Positions 1 through 11,542 of a stretch of DNA of 64,000 nt are shown here, one piece after another. Positions within the stretch are counted from its first letter, which is position 1, and every line of letters begins with the position of its first letter. A program made the position numbers and the translations under genes. A model generated the notes under the pieces. That model worked only from the letters and a program-made list of their open reading frames with translations, was not told where the DNA came from and did no database searches. This DNA comes from Octopus vulgaris (Eukaryota), in NCBI GenBank assembly GCA_951406725.2, contig OX597819.1, forward strand, positions 66,340,001 through 66,404,000, given 5' to 3'.

Positions 1-245
1 ATTAAAAACATAATTTTTGTAGGAAACGCCAATTGTAAAGTAAAATCTTTTTATTTTATTTACAAAAGATTGCCGAAACTATGCATAGTCCAGGAAAGAT
101 AGGGTAAACGTTTTTATTTCTCTTTCCCTTTCAGAATTACAACTATTAATGGTTTGGAGTTTAACTGCTCTTTCTAGTGAGTCAGATGTCCTATTATGGT
201 CATCTCTTATGCATTTAACTGCACACTGTATTTTTCTATAAATAT
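1..245 (+). mobile_element. Penelope-like element 3' tail fragment, homologous to 7470-7630
   Basis: GAAACgccaattGTA at 23-37 resembles an HHR stem III and cleavage triplet. tagggtaaacgttttt and tttctagtgagtcagatgtcctattatgg align with cagggtaaatgtttttt and tttctagtgggtgaatggcctattatgg at ~7505-7610. Ends in TA/CA microsatellite. Confidence 0.5.
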
Positions 246-253
246 AAATATAA

Positions 254-330
<77 letters not shown>

Positions 331-392
331 GTGAAGGGAAGAAATGGAGCTGAACGAAGATTCTACATAATTCCTTTTTATTATCTTCTCAA

Positions 393-2586
393 ATGAGAAC
401 ACAGCCGCTTAGCCCTAAACAGCCTAGATTCATTGTGAAGGACCACAAACCTAATTTGTACACCAACCCAGCGTTAAGGCTCATATGCCCTTCTAGTTCT
501 GACATCGACGCTATCAGTAAGTACATTTTAGACAAATATATTCCTAGTTTAGTCAATAAGCTGAAGCTTAGCCTCTGGGCGAACTCCTCGCAGGTCGTTA
601 AGTGGTTCTCTTCTATCCCTAATAAAAACCGAACTAAGTTCATTCAGTTCGATATTGCTAGCTTCTACCCCTCAATTGACCCTAGTGTACTTAATAAGGC
701 CCTGTGGCATGCACATAATAAGGCAGGCCTCACTAGAGAAGAAATTGATATAATCCTTGTAGCCAGAAAATCTTTCATAAAGTTTGACAATAAGTTGTGG
801 GTTCGTAAAGATACCCCCAACGAGTTCGATGTGCCTATGGGTAGTTCAGATAGCGCGCAGATTGCCGATTTGGTCGGAATATATATTCTCTACGAATTAT
901 CCGACCAGTTCCCGGAAATCCGGGGCGGCCTATATCGTGACGATTGTCTGTTTTACTTGCAAAACACCACGAACAGAATCGTTCAGAAAACTAAAAAAGG
1001 TTAGCTAGGTTCTTTAATAGGATGGGCATGAGTATAGTTTTTGATAACGAACTAACGAAGGCTAATTTCTTAGATGTCACACTTAACCTCCATAGCGATT
1101 CTTACTGCCCTTACCATAAGCCTTCTACTAACTTAAAGTATGTCAGTGTCTTCTCGAATCACGCTAAAACTATAACAGACAATTTGGTTAAAAATATTTC
1201 TCAAAGATTGACCAATTTGTCTGCTAATGTCGACATTTTTAGGCAGAATGAGGAATTTTATAATGCCGCCCTGTCTAAAGCCGGTTATAGGGAGAAGGTA
1301 GTATATATAGATCCTGCCCTTCCGATGCCAGCATTCTGTCATCGGGATAGGGCCGGCTACAATAACATAAATAATTTAAGTAGTGATGATAGCCCGAGGA
1401 ATGTCGGAACAAGTACATCTAGAATAAATTTAGGTAACATAAATAATTTGCGGTCCAGGGGAGGCAATAGTAAGCCAAAACCTATTATTCAGCATAGAAA
1501 TACCCACCTTAATGTCAGAGTTGACTCCCCGACCCATTAGAAAAGCAGGAATAAATACATTTGGTTTGTAATTCCCTTTGGTAAACAAATAAGATCTAAT
1601 CTACCCCTACAGTTTCGCCAAGCCATTGCCAGTAATTTTCCCAGAAATTCCAGATATTACGCCACTGTTAACTCACACAAAGTTAGGATAGCCTTCTCAA
1701 ACACAAAATATCTCTCCCAGATAATTTCCTCCCATAACAATAAGCTGCTAAATAAGACCCTATCACTCTCGTCCGGAGACGCAGCTCCGTATAATGCTAG
1801 AATAGCGAACAGTAATAATAATAGTAATAGTGATAATAGAACCGGCACAGAGATTAGCAATCTGCATACCAGCCATGGAGTCAATAATAGGAATATGGAT
1901 AGGAGCAATGTTGACGGCACTAACGTTAGTTATAGTAATAGGGTTGAGAGCACTGTCCGAGTCACTAATGTAGAGAGTCCTAATAACACCTTTAGCAGCG
2001 GTTTAGACCACAGTAGGGCCACGGACATTAGCGATCACAGCGATCTCAGTGACAGGGAGTACACGGGTGTTGTACCATTAAATAGTATTGATAATGGGGT
2101 GTATAATGTCGAACACAGCCGCAGTTCTCACAATCATTATAGTAATAAGAACGCCGTATTAATATCGGAAGCAAATCCCAATAGAATTAGGTTCTTATCT
2201 AGTAATTCCAAGATTAAAAATGCCATTTACCAATGCAGGATTTACACTGAATCAGATGTCTACTCGTATATAGGAGCTTCATCATCAAAATTGGCCGTGA
2301 GAATATCGAACCACTTCGCAACATTTCGCGATTTTAAGAAACATCACGCGACAGGCTTAGTAAATTGATCTGGCGTTTGAAGAACGCGAATTCAGCATTT
2401 ATACTGGAATGGTCGATTTTATCGGTGTCTCTACCTTTTGATAGAGGCAAAAGAATTTGTAATCTTTGCAACTCGGAGCTTTTTCACATCCTATTCGCCC
2501 GAGGGCACCGTCTAGTTAACGGGATTCTGCAAAATTCTTTCAGATGTCCCCATTGGCGCCGACACACATTTCTTGCATGCAATTGA
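393..2586 (+). pseudogene. PLE reverse transcriptase + GIY-YIG endonuclease ORF (~730 codons, 3 lesions)
   Basis: RT motifs KDHKPNL, QFDIASFYPSI, VPMGS, LYRDDCL, NFLDVTLNL, YHKP. Thumb/linker KYIWFVIPF...IISSHNNKLL. EN motifs AIYQC...YIG...RISNH...IWRLK...CNLC...CPH. Lesions: 1-nt deletion in A6 at ~993-998, in-frame TAG at 1538-1540, 1-nt deletion at ~2357. Confidence 0.88.
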
Positions 2587-3179
2587 AACCTAAGAGAATT
2601 AACCCCTTGAAGTCCTAAGAGAGAAAAAAAATTTTTTTTTAATTTTTGGGAAAATTTTGAAAAGATATTTGAATTAATTTTGCAAGGGGACACTACTCCC
2701 CTTTTGGCGTTTGGTCCGCTACTTTTTTAGAAGCGAGATCAAGAATTATGTTCTCTTTGATTTGACAAGTTATCTCTTTACAAACTGACCACAAACGGAC
2801 ACACAGACACGACCAACAAAATCAGCAGGTCCTTTTCCCTCTACCCGCTGCTTGACAGACTCCCACACTTACACAGGCGTGCACACACATACATGTAGGC
2901 AGGGTCCCACACCTATATAAGATAGCCTTAATTCTTAAAACAATCTGAACATTAATTACAAAGAATATATTCACACCATTTGGTTTTCAGTATTTCTTCC
3001 ACTACCAGGATTGACCGCTGTCTGAACCCGATTGATTCCAACGGACATTTTCGTCGGCCTCCACCACCACCCCACAGACGTCAACGTACAGTGAGAGACA
3101 GTTTTGTGCTTTCATGGGCTCCTAAGGAGCGCTTTGTTCTACCTTGCTGCGCATTTGTTTTGGATTTTTAAATTCCTGG

Positions 3180-3264
3180 ATTTTCCTGAAGAGAATGCTG
3201 CAAATGGTCTCCTTATTCAATCCGAATTTGGAAATTTGCGGCCTTTGAAACATGTGCAGAAGAT
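3180..3264 (+). ncRNA. Type I hammerhead ribozyme (minimal stem III) in the PLE 3' UTR
   Basis: Stem I ATTTTC (3180-85)/GAAGAT (3259-64); CTGAAGA at 3186-92; stem II 3193-3205/3234-3246 (12 of 13 paired); GAAAC at 3247-51; loop ATGT; triplet GCA at 3256-58 (GTA in the homologous copy at 28274-76). Confidence 0.72.
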
Positions 3265-3469
3265 AATAAAAGGAATTATGTAGAATCTTCGTTCAGCTCC
3301 ATTTCTTCCCTTCACTAAATATATTGAACTTCAATTATCCGCGCTAAGGCACGGTCGAGACACCCCAAGGTCGTAACTTCAACCGTGTCTTTTCTGTTGT
3401 GATTTTTGCTACCCGGGATCGGTTAAATTTTGAATAATCCTTAACAAGATAATTCATTTATCCATTTCA

Positions 3470-3497
<28 letters not shown>

Positions 3498-3502
<5 letters not shown>

Positions 3503-3685
3503 GCCCAAAAGTAGGTGCTTAGTTCTTAATTATAAAAATATATGAAACCATTATTCTATGCTAATTTCGATAAATTTGTCAATCTCCCTTTTCAATTTGT
3601 AAGATAGAAATTTATATGTAATATGTGTTAAAAGAAATTTAAGATGTCTACTTGATAACTGTAAACCTACTTTTGGGCCACACTG
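3498..3685. mobile_element. Tc1/mariner-type MITE
   Basis: TIR gtgtggcccaaaagtaggt (3498-3516)/acctacttttgggccacac (3665-3683) in TA context; a partial internal homolog lies at ~40370-40465. Confidence 0.7.
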
Positions 3686-3691
3686 TATATG

Positions 3692-3752
<61 letters not shown>

Positions 3753-4690
3753 TTGTGTGTGTTTGTGTGTGTATGTGTGTGTAACCTGTGAATAGTTAGG
3801 GTTGTTAGGATTATAGATACATAAAGCTAAATACAAAATAATAACAGACAAAGACATCCAGATTGCAAAATTTGTTGAGACACGGAGTGAATAGGAAGTA
3901 TCAAGTGTTTCAGTCAGGCAAAATTTAAAACATAATCAGATATAAAATGTTAAATTTAGATTTTAAAAAATGCATTAACTAACTCAACCTTTCCGTTTCT
4001 TGAAATTTTAAATATATTTTCTTCTAAGCAGCATGAAATCAAGAGTTATTTCTGAAAAAGAGAATGAAAAACAAAATAAATGATAACATCTGTATAACAA
4101 AAAAAAAAGGAGAGAACGAGCGAAGAAGTAAGGAAAAACAGATAAACAGATATGATACTAAATTCACTATGCTCGCCGTGTACGCCATTTCTATTCCGTT
4201 GCACAAACGTTGATTTATTTGTATTGCTTGGATGGCATGTTGTCATGGAATGCAGAAAGCGTTTCCTTACTCTCACAAGAAATTACAGTTCATTGAAAAT
4301 ATATGGTCGCTGTAAAGTAAAATAAAATTATATTAAAATAAAAAAAATAATAATAAGATATTAAAAAAGGAAGTCACAGAAAATAAGAGAGAATAAGCTT
4401 CTTTACATTATGACGCGCTTGCCATTTCCAGAAATATTACTGTAGTATCAAAACCGAACTAAGGTACGGCTGTTTTAAAAGAAGAACTGAAAAAAAAAAA
4501 AAACATTTAAAATGTTAAACAAATCAAGATATTTGATATTTTTGTATTACTAATTTTCTTTACAAAAGCACCTAAACGAAACCGTTTGTTTTTGACAAAA
4601 CCGAGAAAAGCTAGATGAGCATAATGTGGATGAAGATAATGATAATGATGATGATGTTATTGATAAGATATATAAAAAAAAAAAGAATTT

Positions 4691-4904
4691 TTTCTACTCT
4701 AGGCACAAGGCCTGACATTTTTGTGGAGGTAGCTAATGAATTACATTGAAACTTATGTTCAAATGCTACTTATCTTATGAAGCCCGAAAGAAATGAAAGG
4801 CAAAGTCAACATCGGTGGAACTTGGATGCAGAACGTAAAGAGACGGAAGAAATGACGCTAAGCATTGTATCTTACGCGGTGGCGATTATGCCAGCCTGCC
4901 GCCT
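4691..4904 (-). mobile_element. tRNA-derived SINE family 1, diverged copy
   Basis: Matches the family core gaaaggcaaagtcgacctcggcggaatttgaactcagaacgta seen many times in the window. Confidence 0.7.
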
Positions 4905-4910
4905 GGAAAA

Positions 4911-5190
4911 GTGATGATGATGATGATGATGATGATGATAATAATGACGACGACGATTCTGATGATTGCCATGACGACAACGATGATGATGATGAGGAGG
5001 AGGATGACCAAAACAACGACGACGCTGATGATGATGATGACCATGGTGACGTCAACGACGATGATGATAATGATGATGAAAACGACAAGAATGAGAATGA
5101 CGACAACGACGATGATGATGATGTTAATTATGATGATGATGAGGATGATGACGACGATAACAACGAGGATGAAGAGGAAGATGACGATAA
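4911..5190. repeat. (GAT/GAC/AAC)n trinucleotide microsatellite
   Basis: Direct inspection; it explains the poly-D, poly-M and poly-S ORFs. Confidence 0.9.
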
Positions 5191-5686
5191 TTTATTTTGT
5201 TTAACAGAAGAAAATCTGATGAGGAAACATTTAAAAGACGAATTAGAAAAAAAAAACACTCTTCGCAGAGTTTTGATGAATCGTTTACGAAAAGCAGTCG
5301 GAAGGAAGGCATTGAAAAATAACTGAAACGTCTCATACCAACGGAAGATCAGTCACCTGGGGCCCATGAAGGAAAACTTTAAACCCAATATGACTCAGAC
5401 TGGCGAAAACAAATGCCTTTCTTCCGATTTTGTTCTACTGGCACGAGCATAATGAGATCAATTCCTGTGGGTCGTTTACACTATTCTCACTACCTTTGAG
5501 AAAACTTACTAAAAATCAACGTTACATCTATTTCTTTATATTTACACCTGTGCCTCTGTCTGTCTGTCTTTCTTTCTCTCTATCTCTCAATCTCTCTTTT
5601 GTACTTCATCCTCAAGTTTACTTTCAAGTGGAACATGAAGAGTTTGCTTACAGCTTTGCCTAAAAGAGAAGTGTTTGGTCAATTTA

Positions 5687-6257
5687 TTGGGGTGTCCGGA
5701 AAGTTCGTGTCGATTTATAGTAGCTTAGCTTTCGATTTATTTTAGGACATGGTTTAGACCATAAAATAGGAGTTGACTACACCTCCATTTAGAGCACAGT
5801 TTAAGCTATCTTTTCGAGGAAGAAGATTTATGTTCCTATAAACTGTGTTAATTCTGTAACCCTTTAAAATGGAAGATAAGTAAGTTCATTTTCGGCACTT
5901 GATGCTTTGGGAACCAGACAAAAATTGCTGCAGCTCGGCTGGGATGTGTTACCCCACCCTCCATATTCACCAGATGTTGCTCATTCGGATCTTCCACTTA
6001 TTCAGGTCTCTGCAGAATAGTCTTAATGGTAAAAATCTCAATTCCTTGGATGACGTAAAAAGTTACCTTGATGAATTCTTTGCCATGAAACCACCTCAGT
6101 TCTGGGAAGAGGGTATTTTCAAGTTAAAGGAAAGCAAGATGGAGACGCATAGTGCAACAAAATGCTTCATATTTGGTTGATTAAAAATGTAATGACAAGT
6201 ATTTATTGACCTTTTTCTTTCCTTTATAAATCTGCTCGAACTTTCCGGACAACCCAA
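5687..6257 (+). mobile_element. Internally deleted mariner transposon
   Basis: TIRs ttggggtgtccggaaagttcg/cgaactttccggacaacccaa with TA flanks. N-terminus MEDK*VHFRHLMLWE is fused to C-terminal LGWDVLPHPPYSPD...HLFRSLQNSLNGK...FWEEGIFKL. Confidence 0.9.
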
Positions 6258-6794
6258 TACTTTCGGTCAGAAGTTACAATAGCGAACATGTTAGAATAAA
6301 AATGTCAAGGATAGAAGCGAGAATCTTCATGCTCTCCTAGACATTTAGATGTCCTAGAATAAAAAAGATTACAAGGAGACTATAGACTAACTATCGAAAG
6401 TAAGAATTTTATAATTGAAATAAGCATTGTATGCATAACGAAAAGTACAACAGTTACAACGTTTATTGAAGGAGTCGCTAAAACAAAGAAACAAATAGAA
6501 AAAAGTGCATATATCAAATTTAAAACTCTTTTCTTCGCCTTTCATTCTTTCGGGGTCGATGAATTAAGTGCCATCTGCGTACACAAAAAAAAACACAGCA
6601 ACGCGAGGACGTGGAACAAATAAAGTATTATTGGACGCTCAGGAAAGAAGGGAAGAAGGAGGGTTTAACGTTTCGAGCGGAGCTCTTCGTCGGAAACATA
6701 GGAGAAGGAAAGATCCCGAGAAGGGAAGACAGAGGAAAAAAAATCGCTGGCGGTACTCACGAGGTCACATATTGAAAGACCGGAAGTTGAAATA

Positions 6795-6834
<40 letters not shown>

Positions 6835-7135
6835 GAGAAAGAGAGCGAGTTGATCCGATAGATATAAATATACAAACATTCATATGTAGGGATATATATA
6901 TGCACATATACATACGTACATACATACACACACATACATAAAGTGCGTCTCTCTCTATATGTTTGTGTGTGTGAATTTAGTAATGTATCACTGCAAGTAT
7001 ATATATATATGTGTGTGCATTCATAAAGATGTGCCTATATACAGATATATGTCTACATCTATGTTTATTTATATGTACATATGTATATGCATATGTATAT
7101 ATATATATATATATATATACATGTACATGTACATA

Positions 7136-7224
<89 letters not shown>

Positions 7225-7229
<5 letters not shown>

Positions 7230-7722
7230 AATCAAGGAACGGCCATAATAGGCCATTCACCCACTAGAAATAACAGCCAAAAGCTTCAACCGCAAAATAA
7301 CATCAATTCCGTAAACCAGGAGAAAATTAAAAAACATTTACCCTGTAATTTCTTATACGATGCACCGTTTCATCTACTGTTTAATGGTAAACTAACCTGA
7401 TTAAATTAAATCAAGCCAATATTTAATCAGGTTAGTTTATTTAATTTAATCAGGTTAGTTTACCATTAAACAGTAGATGAAACGGTGCATCGTATAAGAA
7501 ATTACAGGGTAAATGTTTTTTAATTTTCTCCTGGTTTACGGAATTGATGTTATTTTGCGGTTGAAGCTTTTGGCTGTTATTTCTAGTGGGTGAATGGCCT
7601 ATTATGGCCGTTCCTTGATTGTGATGTTGAACTTAAAAATGGTCTATGACTATTTAATTTTTTTCCCACTAGGCCGCTGGTGGCAAAAAAATTCTACAAA
7701 ATTTTTTGCCACCCTATATTGA

Positions 7723-7728
<6 letters not shown>
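7225..7728 (+). mobile_element. PLE 3' tail with a perfect 187-bp inverted 5' duplication, in (TA)n
   Basis: Arms 7225-7411 and 7439-7625. Contains the HHR 3' half GAAACggtgcatcGTA and a 3' hairpin ggtggcaaaaaa...ttttttgccacc. Homologous to 1-245. Confidence 0.65.
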
Positions 7729-7788
<60 letters not shown>

Positions 7789-8529
7789 ATGTATTATGTA
7801 TCGTATATATTTGCGTGTTTGTACAAATGCATGAACGTATAAATATCTTACCTTGCTCTGAAGAATGATTAAAGATGTTGTTATCTCAATAAATATATAG
7901 TTAGACAAGAAGCCATGATTAAATAGTTAATTACTTAATTCATTAGCGCCTCTATATCCCTCGGATTGTAGAAACGTGGTGCATATTATAAATGATAAAC
8001 AGGTGCACAATTATAAATAAGCCATGCTGAGCTAACAATTCTGTAATGTCTTTCCTACATAATTAATAGGAACTATTCTAAACAGTTTGGGTTGCGTATC
8101 TCAGGCGTGGTATCGTTTCTTCTTAGCCGCAGGTCATTCCTGATTTTGTAGATTTTACGATCAAAGCTATTCTAATCTTTATATTTCATCTCATTTTATG
8201 GGTGCTGGTCAGGTTGATGGTGTTGTTTGATTTATCTTAATATCTTCTTGAGTTATTTAATTATTTAAAATGAAATTGAAGGTTTGATTCGTAGGAGAAA
8301 TACGGTTGTTATTTCTAGTACGTCCAAGGACCTGGTGGACGGTCCATTTCTTGGTTCGCATGTTTGTCCTGTGTCTATTTGGTGAAGCAAAAATATTTCC
8401 ATTACTGGAATATGCATACATATATGAGTGCGTGTGTGAGTACGTATACACATATGCACACGCAAATACACATACATATACATACATACATATTTATATA
8501 CCTGTATACATATGTGTGTATACAGGTAT

Positions 8530-9407
8530 ATCTACGAGTGTTTGTGGAGTTGTTAACTAACTCCTCCTCTTACTTCGTTTTATCGATTTTGATGAAAGTT
8601 GACACATGAGTAGAACTCATGGCTGGAAACCTCGTGGCATACTCAGATCGCTGAAAACATCGATAATAGGGCCCCTGGAAGGGATCCTTATATATATCTA
8701 ATATATTTCATTTTAAAAGTCAAGGGAAATAACCCATTCGACCATATTCTAACAACCCAGGGAAATAACCCGTCCATTTTCCCAAGTTATTTGGTATGAA
8801 TCAAATTGAATATGCTTATTTCTCAGTATTTTAATTATTAGAGTTATTTTCATAATTGATCTAGTACAACCCTTAAACAACTAAATAATATTTTCCTAGA
8901 CGATAGATTCACTTATTTTGGTTAATGACTTTTTATGAATGTACCAACACTAGCGCCGCTGAGCCTAATATTCTCTGGAAACGCACAAAAGCCCTCTTCA
9001 GGGTTATTTACTTTGAATTATTGTTGCCTCATATCTAATTAGTTTGTTATTACATTATATGCTTCCTGATTTTGGTATACATACCTTATTAGCATTTCCT
9101 CCTAAGTTCTATATACTCTGTGAACGCATTAAAGCCCTTTTCGGGGCTACTTTATTTGAATTCTTACTATCGGGTAACTAATTACATGTCATATAACTAA
9201 AGTCATAATTTACGTATTCATAACTCATTGGGAATTCATAAAAACAAGATCCTCAGTAAGTCGTCAGTTCGGTATTGTCTGTAAACACATAAAATCTGTT
9301 TTAAGGTCTACATACTTTGTATTGTAATTGGATTAGTGAAATAATTACGAGAACGGAACAAAGGGATAAGCCCCATTTGCCCGGTAATTACCGGGTACGT
9401 CAGCTAG
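8530..9407 (+). mobile_element. Non-autonomous Helitron-like element (5' boundary uncertain)
   Basis: 3' hairpin cccggtaattaccggg (9380-9395), then CTAG (9404-07) followed by T. Internal ~140-bp tandem units and repeated agggaaataaccc motifs. Confidence 0.6.
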
Positions 9408-9432
9408 TATATGCATATGCGTAAGTATGCAC

Positions 9433-9499
<67 letters not shown>

Positions 9500-9691
9500 A
9501 TATATAAGTTGTAATTTGCTTGAGTCATTTTGATATCGAAGAATGTAAAAAGAGAAAATAGCTTCTAACAACGTGGAAGATAATTAAAACCTTTATATTT
9601 TGGGCTCAAACTCCCATCTTCAGAAGAAAATGGGACAGTCTAAGAAAAGTTTAGTTATGTAGGAAATTTCGAACCTGGGTTCGAAATTTCC

Positions 9692-9974
9692 GTCGACCTC
9701 GGCAGAATTTGAACTCAGAACGTAGAAACAGACGCAATACCTATTTCTTTACTACTCACAAGGGGCTAAACTCAGAGAGGACAAACAAGGACAGACAAAT
9801 GGATTAAGTCGATTATATCGACCCCAGTGCGTAACTGGTACTTATTTAATTGACCCCGAAAGGATGAAAGGCACAGTGGAACTCGGCGGAATTTGAACTC
9901 AAATCGTATCGGCAGACGAAATATCACTATGCATTTCGCCCGGCGTGCTAACGATTCTGCCAGCTCGCCGCCTT
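9692..9974 (-). mobile_element. SINE family 1: full copy plus a head-truncated tandem piece
   Basis: Minus-strand head ggcggcgagctggcagaatcgttagc (A box) ... gagttcaaattcc (B box); core cctttcatcctttcggggtc resembles a Nin/Deu-type domain. Confidence 0.85.
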
Positions 9975-10709
9975 TGTACAATGTAATATTAGCTTTAGTT
10001 TTTTGGTTTTAAGCATTACTTTGAATATGAAACCTTTGAAGATTGTGGTAAGAATATTCATTTTGCTCTCATTATGCTATTCCATGTTGTTTCTGCGATT
10101 GTTACATGTATTTGCAGTGATGTCCCTTTTCTTGGAGACAATCCCTGTCACATATAGCACTGTTATGTATCAGTGGAGATATACATTTTTTGAATCATTA
10201 ATATACATCGTTGAAATTTTAATTAACAAGATCTGCAAATCTCAATTAGCAGAGACAAAAATGTCCTTAAATGATAAATCACTGCTTTTCTCCATAGAAT
10301 AAAATGAGAAAAGGCAGGCGTCTCTCTTGTGAATTACGTTGGCCTTGCGTTCATTAGTGCAATGTTAACGTTGCCTGAGGAGACCTGTATCACGTGAAGT
10401 TGATACCAACACTCTCTGCTCGCGGTATACAATAAATAATCATATTTTTGAATAGTTATTTCGTAATGTTTCACTTGCTTTTGAAATAAAAATGTTTACC
10501 CCGTTCTCATAAGATAGAAGTCTATATATATCTGAAATTATCAATGCTGGGAATGTAATATAGCGTCTTGTTCATTAAAAAGCTTTATGAATTGTGGATA
10601 ATATCATATGGTGTACGTGTAATAAAACTGATAGAGTTTAATGGCTTCCTCATGAAAAGAAACACGTTGGCACGTACACAGACACGCACACACGCACGCA
10701 CACACACAC

Positions 10710-10752
<43 letters not shown>

Positions 10753-10989
10753 GAGAAGAAATCAAGTTTCGATAGGAAAGAAAAAAAAAGAGATCTTGAA
10801 GAATTATAAACCGCCTTAAGCATGTATAAAAGAAAAGTAAATCCATTAATGGACCCCAGGGAGATCTACAGAGATTCAGCGTGATACAAAACGTGATAAG
10901 GTCGACGTCTTTGAATTTAGGTAGAACATATTTTAAAAAGCAGGGTGGACCGGAGTCACCTAAAGTAAAATAAATAAAACACAACGTGC

Positions 10990-11060
10990 ACCAGGGATCG
11001 AACCCATGCTCGTAAGATTGAGAGCCGAATACCTTAACCAATAAGCCCCGCGTCTCACAC
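10990..11060 (-). mobile_element. tRNA-derived SINE head fragment
   Basis: Reverse complement reads ggggcttattggttaagg...gggttcgatccc; similar to the head at 30548. Confidence 0.5.
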
Positions 11061-11110
11061 AAGCTGGCATATTCAGTTGAATATTGACGATTACTATGAT
11101 TCTTTTTTTT

Positions 11111-11342
11111 TCTTTTATTCTCTTACTTGTTTCAGTCATTTGATTGCGGCTATTCTGGAGTACCGGCTTTTAGTCGAACAAATCCACCCCAAGACCTATT
11201 CTTTGTAAGCCTAGTATTTATTCTATCGGTCTATATTGCCGAACCGCTAGGTTTCAGAGACATAAACACATCGGTCGTCAAGCGATGGTGAGGGACAAAC
11301 ACACACACACATACACATACACACACATACGCACGCAGACAC

Positions 11343-11393
<51 letters not shown>

Positions 11394-11542
11394 CACGCAC
11401 ACACACACACACACACACGTATATATGCGATTGGCCTCTTTCAGTTTCCGTCCTACCAAATTCACTATGAAGGCTATAGTAGAAGATACTGGCCCAAGGT
11501 GCCACGCAGTGAGACTGAACCTGGAACCATATAGTTGGGAAG
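11111..11542 (-). mobile_element. SINE family 2 (carries an internal microsatellite)
   Basis: Reverse complement matches 39815-40224. Confidence 0.8.

Larger units (their letters stand above)
322..3470 (+). mobile_element. Penelope-like retroelement (Naiad type), 5'-truncated with an inverted terminal segment, inserted in (TA)n
   Basis: RT-GIY-YIG ORF at 393-2586; ~880-nt 3' UTR containing an HHR; 322-389 is the reverse complement of 3258-3324; (TA)n on both flanks. Confidence 0.9.

Noticed and set aside
990-1004. Programmed -1 frameshift at A6
   Set aside because: PLE ORFs are normally continuous; a homopolymer deletion or sequencing error is simpler.
2366-2368. In-frame TGA as a selenocysteine codon (known in Naiads)
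   Set aside because: Homology continues in another frame (SKLIWRLK), so this is a frameshift; no convincing SECIS was seen by eye.
5216-5230. CTGATGAGGAAAC hammerhead-like motif
   Set aside because: No stem II between the core boxes.
4865-5326. 153-aa acidic protein ORF
   Set aside because: Derived from a (GAT)n microsatellite and starts inside a SINE.
10990-11060. tRNA gene
   Set aside because: No acceptor stem; it matches SINE heads.
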